Shown here in pieces: positions 52,566 to 60,307 of a stretch of 60,307 nucleotides of DNA. Both the position numbers and the translations under genes were made by a program. Origin of the DNA: Ruditapes philippinarum (taxonomy: Eukaryota). Under the pieces are notes generated by a model that saw only the letters and a program-made list of their open reading frames with translations, was not told the DNA's origin and ran no database searches. The stretch lies in assembly GCF_026571515.1 (NCBI RefSeq), contig NW_026851983.1, positions 1-60,307 on the forward strand, given 5' to 3'. Every line of letters begins with the position of its first letter. Position 1 is the stretch's first letter.

Positions 52566-53751
52566 ATGGAGAGCAGACACGTACACTTAGTTTGTTTAGG
52601 GTACATTATTTGGTTTCACACACTGCTTACTGCTGCTCGTTCCACAAATGGGGAAACATTGAAAATAGTTCTCTCAGAACTTGAAGATTTAAAGGTCAAT
52701 ACATGCGAGCAGAGACTGGGGATACACGACAACAAGTTAATGACGGTCACCTATGAACAGAAATTACTAGTAGCTACCATGGAAGAAAGAATTCTCGCTG
52801 CAGAGGAAAATCTTAAAACAACCACAGAATTATATGAGAAAAAGTTATCCAAGTCAAGCCGTTGAAAGAAAACTTAAAGTGTTTGAGGAGACATACGGTC
52901 GCTTAACTAACAAAGGAGGGCCAATTGAAGACGTTGAAGAAACTGATTTGAACAAGAATACCACCGATTTTGACGGGGAAAATAGAAAACACAGTGCTGA
53001 TAAAGGGAAGCTAGCAAACCTGAATGGGTTCCATGTTTCTGAAACAGTATATGACAGCACTTTAGAAGAATCTCTGTTGACAGATACTGACAATAACCAC
53101 GGAGTTATAAGGAAAACTAACAACATCGACAATACACGACGTTCATCTACTCAAAAATCAGAAAGGGGTAATAAGCTTAATTTGCAGATAAAGTCTTATT
53201 CAATCATAAATCATTTCAAAAGTTTTGGTAGACAATATAAAATATAAATATGTATTTATATCTACAGCATGCCATGATAATGCTTTAGTTTTTTTCTCAT
53301 TATAGCATCGGATCCCATATATCATAAGCGACTTGTGAATCGAGCTGTCAACCATCGTGTTGCCTTCACAGCGACCTTATCAGCCGGCGCTACCGAACTT
53401 GGGAAACAGCACACAATTCCCTTTAATGCAGTTCTGTTAAACGAAGGCCAGGCATATGACGCTATCACAAACACGTTCATATGTCCAGTGAACGGGATAT
53501 ACATGTTTCAGTCAGCTTTAATGAGTTATTTTGAGGAACATATCCAAACTGAAATCGTAATAAATGGTGCATGTATTGGTAGAATGTATGCGAAGGGTGC
53601 AAGTACTGGATATGATCAGGGGTTTAATTCTGCAACTGTACAATGCAATAAAGGGGATCACGTGTGGGTCAGAGTACACTATCATTATGGCACGAGCATG
53701 TTAAATGATTTATTTTCTTCGTTTTCTGGACACATCCTGTGGGAAACATAA
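52566..53751 (+). pseudogene. C1qDC gene A3 with exon-1 frameshift; exons 52566-53167, 53306-53751
   Basis: Net 14-nt loss at ~52857 (aagtcaagccgttg versus aagtcagacagtaaactccgtgccgttg); the gC1q exon is intact. Confidence 0.82.
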
Positions 53752-54504
53752 AAAACTCTCTTTCAATTACTTTAATGTCCTTATCACTTTTTTCAATTAG
53801 TAATTTGAAATATACAATAAATAAATACATGTATGTTTGGAATTACACATGTATATAATAAACATACAAAGACGCGAATCCTTTTGTGATTTTATTGACA
53901 ATGACACAAAACCAACAAAACTGAGCACTTTGAAGACAAATATCTCTTATATCATATTTGGAGACATTTCAAAGCTACAGGCCTCCAGATAAGTTAAAAT
54001 ATTTCAATAAATGCAAGCTTGAGAAGAAATTTACTAAGATTGTAGAAAAATTAAAAGATTCAAGATTCAAGTAATAATATACATGTTATATGTGATAAAT
54101 GACTGAATTTTCAGGATTATAAGTATATTTCTACTGCGTTACGAACGTAGTAAGGGTTATATTTTCATATTTTGACATCTTTTTGGTAATTTACGTGTGT
54201 TGCAAGTGCCATTGATAATGTGAAAATTGCTTCCTTTTGGTTATTTCACAATATCATACATTTAAATACATTTTTAAAATTTCATGAAAATTGGCATAAA
54301 TCTGGTGGAATGCTGCTTTAAGTCGTATCCCAACCCATACAAGCACAGTGTGTTAACTTGAGTCCAAGTATAAAACAAAATCGACAATGGTGCCTATTCA
54401 TGAATAATTTTAAGCTACGATCCATGCCATGCCTACAAACACAGCACTTACATTTGATTGAAGAAGAATTCAAATTTAAATTTAGAAACATTGTTTTGAC
54501 AACG

Positions 54505-54787
54505 GAATAGAGAGAATAGCGCAGTCCCTAAAGAACGCCACAATTTAAATATAATTGAAAGTAGTGCTGGCTCGGTTTGATTAATAGGCGGTAGTGGTTA
54601 TTGCAAGCTACAAATATACTAGCACCGGCTTAGGCATATGATGAAAATGGTGAAAATTTGTATTTAAAACATCCGGCGTTGATCGATAGAACTTTCATTG
54701 TGGCACGCACGTATCATTCTATGACATTTGGCGTTTGGTTACCAAGTAAAAGAATGCATGAGTCTTAAATAAAATGAAATTTTGAAA
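54505..54787 (+). other. structured dispersed element, copy 7 (segmental duplicate of copy 6)
   Basis: tgctggctcggtttgatt ... ttgcaagcta ... ctagcaccggcttaggc. Confidence 0.75.
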
Positions 54788-56353
54788 GACACGATTCTTT
54801 ATTAGTTATATTTGTGTACTTAAAAAAAGTGAGGTCATCTATAGAGATTATCTATCCTATTACAAAAACGGAAAATTTGAAAAACAAAACAACAGTTTAC
54901 ACATTAAAGTAACAGTGTTGTTTGTAAACAACGTATCCGAGTGCTTAGTACACACCATCCCAGAACAAGGCATATTTTGACCCCAAGGCTTTAATTTGAT
55001 CAAACTGTGTCGCTGTCCACTAGATAATGTTTTATAACCAAGCATGACAAAAATTATTAATTTGACCTTAAAGGTCAAGGTCAGTTATGACTTACAGTCA
55101 AGGTTAGTCTGCTCATCTTAATTAAAGGAACATTTCAAAGGATTGTAATGTCCAAGTATGAAGACAATTCTTTCATTAACAATAAAACAATAACCACTTT
55201 AGTCGATTTTTAGGTATATTTTCTAAGTTTCCAAGGGCAATGTTGTCGCAAAATACGCCTGTCACAAAAGCTTTCGACAGAGATGTGGGCATTATAGATA
55301 TGCATATAGGAGATTTGATCTGGGCAATATAATATCCGGACATAATTAGTAAAATGTATATTTCATCATCTTTTGTGACCTTGACATTGCATTTATTGAT
55401 CTTAATTACATGTGTTTCAGCCTTAGTAATGATAATAAACATTTGTGTTACGATTAAGGCCCCCACGGTTATACGTTTAAACGGCTTCGTTTCGATTTTC
55501 ATTCCTAAACGTTTACGATATTTTTACCGTTTAATCGAAATAACCATATTGTCTTACAAAATATCTTAATCATTGCCAGTAATCACGGCTTTTATCAATT
55601 CCAGTTTGTTTATTCCAAATTAAAAATGGAAAATATGTGTTTACAACCGTCCACACAGCATCACCGTGCAATAATTGCTTATGGCATAATACATTTTTGG
55701 AAAAGTTGATTTTCCTTTGATCTTTCAAAAGAGCGAAATGGGGATACCATGCAGAAAATGTGTGCCGACACAATCGTGATGAGCCCTGAACATCTACGAT
55801 CCCTAAATAAATGTTGACTAAATGGTCCTTATACAACGTTACAGTCGTTGAAAATGCTACTAAAATGTCGAAAGAAAATAAATCGTTATTGGACTTTAAA
55901 AAGTATTCCCCAATGAAATTAAGACCTAAAATGTTACACTAGTTTATCAGTCCCAGTCACTAGAGTCAAACATCTGATTCCACGTTAATCTTATTGGAGA
56001 CAAACTGATAAAATCCCGATCCAAAATGAAACTGGTGTGAAAACCATTGGTTTTGAAGAATCAAAACGTTTTAATGAGACATTATGCCAATCAAACCAAG
56101 AGTACATGTATATATTGAATCAACAGGTGAAAGTCAAAATAAAGTTTACTTTTTGCCGTAACTCCTTTCATTTTCATAATTTAGTTAACAAGAACGACAA
56201 GTAACTCATGTGCACAAGGAAATGTATGTAAATACTCATGCTTAGTACACTATTGTACGTTTTAAAAAAATCATGTAAGAAAGGGACCTTTAAAAACATT
56301 TGTTTCAGACCAGACAGGAAATAACTGTTAAACACTTTTTACTCGCTACACTT

Positions 56354-56617
56354 TGAGCCGTCCGGTTAGCTCAATAAAGTAGGGCGTTTTACTGGTCGAT
56401 TCCGGACCGCGCATGTCACTTTCGTTGTGTTTGATCACACTATTCCTTTGCCCTAGCATGTACAAATGTTATCTTGCTAAAGTGAAGGCAACTAGTGCTG
56501 GTAAACTGTGTGACAGCTTGCCCAGGCACGATGTGGTGGCAGAACTATTCTCGGGTAAATTCAATGTGACTCGCTGTCATAATCCAGAGTGTAAACTACC
56601 AACACCACCACCACCAC
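56354..56617 (+). mobile_element. MetaSINE-like SINE (duplicate of 48101 copy)
   Basis: Same head and tail, with an internal deletion. Confidence 0.72.
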
Positions 56618-56818
56618 TTCAACTTGGTGTTCCCCCATAAACACCTTTCAACGTAGTTTTCCTTTCTGATCAAGACCATGTGTCACTAACAAATTGATAA
56701 TTAGCGTAATTTACAATATGATAAAAACTGTAGGTTAAAACTATATTAAGAAGCACTGTCAACGAGTTCTTACTCCGATAAAAATGCGATATCATAAATA
56801 GCCACTAGTCGGAATGAA

Positions 56819-57126
56819 TAGAGAAAATAAGAATCCCTAAAGAATGTCCAACACAGCACAATTGATAATGTTGCAGGCTCGGTTTGATTGAGCCTGCTCA
56901 TGGACGGTACTGTCAAGTGAAACTACCGTCCACGCCCCCTCGCACCGGCTTAAGCAGAATTCAACATTTAATATGAACTGGTACAATTTTGAATTTAAAA
57001 ACATCCGCAGATGTGTTCATATGGCGGTCATCCTGGAACCTTTAATGTGACACGTAAGTGCCATTCCATGAAAAGCGGCATATGGTCCCCAAGTTAAAAA
57101 AATGCGTGTGCCCTAATCGAGAAAAC
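56819..57126 (+). other. structured dispersed element, copy 8 (best preserved, ~308 bp), located between TATA-like box and ATG of gene B2
   Basis: GCAGGCTC-ggtttgatt-GAGCCTGC; TGGACGGTA-ctgtcaagtgaaac-TACCGTCCA; gccccctcgcaccggcttaagc; flanked by AATGAA on both sides. Confidence 0.85.
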
Positions 57127-57144
57127 AATGAAAACGACCTAAGC

Positions 57145-59460
57145 ATGACTACCAAAAACGTGCACTTAGTTTTATTTGGTTATATTATTTTGTTTAACAC
57201 ACAGCTAGCTGCTGCTGCTGTCACAAATGGAGATATATTGACAAAAGTTCTCTCTGAACTTGAAGAATTTAAGGCGAACCTCAGCACATGCGAAGAAAGA
57301 CTGATGATAGTGGAGGTTTACAAAAATGACAACACGTTGAGTGTCCACAAATGAACAGAGATTGGCTCACATGAAGGTAAGACTTCTCGCTGCAGAGAGA
57401 AAACTTAGAATAACCGAAAATATTTATGAGAAAAAGTTAGCTCAGACAGAGAGTAAACTTCGTGGAACAGAAACCAATCGTCATTGAAGAGCTACATGAC
57501 CGCTTAGCACACATAGAGAAGTTGATTGTAGGCTTTAGTTCCAAAGATGGTTACATTGAATCGGTCAAGGAAGCAGCTAATAGTTTGAGAATATAACTGC
57601 CGCATAATTCGATCAGGGAGAAGATATCTAATGCAAAGATATTTGGTATCCACGAAGAAAAACATGGGGATGAAACCGACAATAAAACCAACAATCAAAG
57701 AGATGACTTTAACAATATCGCTGAAACACGACGATCATCTAGTCGAAAAATAGATAGAGGTACGAAACCTCTTATATTCAAAACTGTGTTTCTATGATGA
57801 AAATACGATGGCACGATGATGAAATGGTGAATCGCAATGGTATAACATGACGGCAAAATTCGATGGGAAAATGGTGGAAGCACGATGGGATAATGCAGTA
57901 TTACATCACCATTTTACGATTGTACCATCGTATTTTCATTATCGTATTATAGCGTTTTCATCCCGATTTTGAGGAGAAAAATAACGCCAATAAACACGTT
58001 AACAAGTAAGATTTATGTTTTGAACCTTGCCAATGCAAAAGTTCATTTAAAAGGCGGTAGAGGCGCACATAATTCGTGTGTAACATTGCCATTTTCATAA
58101 CATCTTGAGGACCAATCGTTTGAATTGAATCCAAATTTAATACATCAAAAATACTTTGCATGTGTTTAGGACCAATATTGTATTTATTGGCGAATGCAAT
58201 AAAAATATTGTTTACGCCAAGTTTGTATAACGCAACAAACGTCAGTCAAAATATCTACACATTGTTTATAATAAATTGATTATCCTACAACCATAATGGT
58301 AACAGGATAAGGAATTTAAGTTCCCCTCGTCTATCTTGCTTTTCTGTCAAACCCCTCGTGACAATGTAGAAAATCAAATCAAAGATCAGATACTATATCA
58401 ACAATAGAACATTACATATAAGATTTGAATTTCTTTTTTGTATATTTTTAGGGTCCAACTTTCCCTACTCGAAGCGACTTTTTCGAAGAAAAACATGGGG
58501 ATGAAACCGACAATAAAACCAACACTCAAAGAGATGACTTTAACAATATCGCTGAAACACGACGATCATCTAGTCGAAAAATAGAGAGAGGTAAGAAACC
58601 ACTTATACTCAAAATTGAGTTTCTATGATGAAAATACGATGACACGATGGAGAAATGGTGAATCGCAATGGTATAACATGACGGCAAAATTCGATGGGAT
58701 AATGGTGGACGCACGATGGGATAATTTCCAAGATGCAGTATTACATCACCATTTTACGATTGTACCATCGTATTTTCATTATCGTATTATAGCGTTTTCA
58801 TCCCGATTTTGAGGAGAAAAATAACGCCAATGAACACGTTAACAAGTAAGATTTATGTTTTGAACCTTGTCAATGCTAAAGTTCATTTAAAGGACGGAAG
58901 AGGCGCACATAATTCTTGCTTAACATTGCCTTTTTTCATTACATCTTGAGAACCAATCGTTTTAATTGAATCCAATTCAATACATCAAAAATACTTTGCA
59001 TGCGTTTAGGACCAATATTGTATTTATTGGCGAATGCAATAAAATTTTGTTTACGCCAAGTTTGTATAACGCAACAAACGTCAGTCAAAATATCTACACA
59101 TTGTTTATAATAAATTGTTTATCCTACAACCATAATGGTAACAGGATAAGCAATTTAAGTTCCCCTCGTCTATCTTGCTTTTCTGTCAAACCCCTCGTGA
59201 CAATGTAGAAAATCTAATCAAAGATCAGATACTATATCAACAATAGAACATATAAATATAAGATTTGAATTTCTTTTTTGTATATTTTTAGGGTCCAACT
59301 TTCCCTACTGGAAGCGACTTTTGGGTGTAGTCGTAAATCACAGGCCTGCTTTTTCAGCCTTTTTATCCGATCACGTTTATCTGGACTTGGAAAAGAGCAA
59401 ACAAGCTGGCGGGTACTCTCTTTTTTCAGGCTTTTCAGTTTCTGGTTGGGGAAAAAAAAA
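57145..59460 (+). pseudogene. C1qDC gene B2, heavily disrupted
   Basis: Paralog of B1 with a -2 frameshift (~57340), a -5 deletion (~57478), CAA>TAA (~57594), an internal ~830-bp tandem duplication and loss of most of gC1q at 59404/59405. Confidence 0.85.
57797..57939. mobile_element. acgatgg-rich foldback MITE in type-B intron (also at ~49247 and ~58628)
   Basis: atgaaaatacgatggcacgat...aaatggtga / tcaccatttt...attgtaccatcgtattttcat. Confidence 0.7.
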
Positions 59461-60307
59461 AGGTGTTAAAAATTTTTTCTGTAAAGGGAAAAAAAAGGTT
59501 TTATTTAAAGTATAAAAGCTTTAAAAGGGAAGGGGAGAAATTTTATTGTCCTTTGGTTATTAAAAAAATTTTAATAAAAATTTTAAAAATAAGTAAAATA
59601 TTTTAATGAACACTTCAGTGATAAAAGGGAGATTAAATTTAAGAACCCCAATGGAAACACTTCCCAACTTGGGCCCAAAATTTAAAACAGCAAAAAATTT
59701 TTTTATTTTGGGAAAACCCAAAACTGAAGATCCACAGGGTTAGAACCCAAAAAGTTCTTTAAATTTCGTTAACATTTAAAATTTAAAAAAGTTTTGTTTT
59801 GGAAAAGGGCCTTTTTGAGCCCCCAATGAGAAATGGGAAATAAAAAAGTAAATTTTTTATGGGTTTTTTAAAATTTTGCAAAACCCAAAACAACACAAAA
59901 AAATTTTCCACTTTTCTTAAAAATAACAAAAAACGGGAAAGCCGGTTTGAACCACAACTGAAAGGAACACATTTCAATTTCAAGGGCCCCAAAAAAAATT
60001 TGGTTTTGGGGGAAATTTTCCTTGCTTTAAAAAAATAAAAAGTTTAAAAAAATAGGGAAACCAAAAAAGGAAAAGGATTGTAAATTTATGAATTTTTTTA
60101 ACCCCAAAAAAGGGAAAAACAAGTTTTAACAAAAATTTCCTAAAGAAGAACCCCCAAGTTTCTAAAAATGTATTAAAACCTTTAAATAAAGGGTTAAAAA
60201 ACAAAGTGGCCCAATTTCCCTTAAAAAAGGGGAAAATAAAAAATATAAACTTTCAAAGATACCTTTAAGAAAGAAAATTTTTTAATTTAAAAAAGGGAAA
60301 GTGGAAA

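Noticed and set aside
56871-56951. Hammerhead, HDV, twister or group II domain V identity for the structured element
   Set aside because: No CUGANGA...GAAA three-way core, no HDV P1/P1.1/P3 pattern, no twister UAA/CCCAAGCCC motif, and no partner strand for a domain V helix on either strand.
59783-60204. Phe/Lys-rich ORFs at the window end
   Set aside because: Products of homopolymer-distorted, low-quality sequence.

Overview
AT-rich eukaryotic genomic DNA. Spliceosomal introns, Meta/CORE-type SINEs, 'tgaccttga' HINE-like repeats and a tandem C1q-domain gene array suggest a bivalve mollusc (inference). 1-21 kb is gene-poor and repeat-rich, with one N gap. 21-36 kb holds three unnamed genes: a single-exon ORF (21418-22674 +), a two-exon N-terminal membrane-anchored orphan on the minus strand that the ORF track only partly shows (25114-25016 + 23698-23153), and a 451-aa ORF (35021-36376 +). 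38-60 kb is a segmentally duplicated array of five two-exon secreted coiled-coil + globular C1q genes, two intact and three disrupted, with mosaic, locally hypervariable gC1q exons. The most unusual signal is an unnamed ~300-bp dispersed element: 8 clear copies, 1 fragment and 1 assembly-garbled copy. It has a near-invariant CTAGCACCGGCT core flanked by hairpins whose stems change sequence while keeping pairing and whose loops stay conserved, as expected of a structured RNA or ssDNA. Paralog comparisons show presence/absence, which suggests mobility. About 40080-40930 and 59400-60307 look like low-accuracy assembly.
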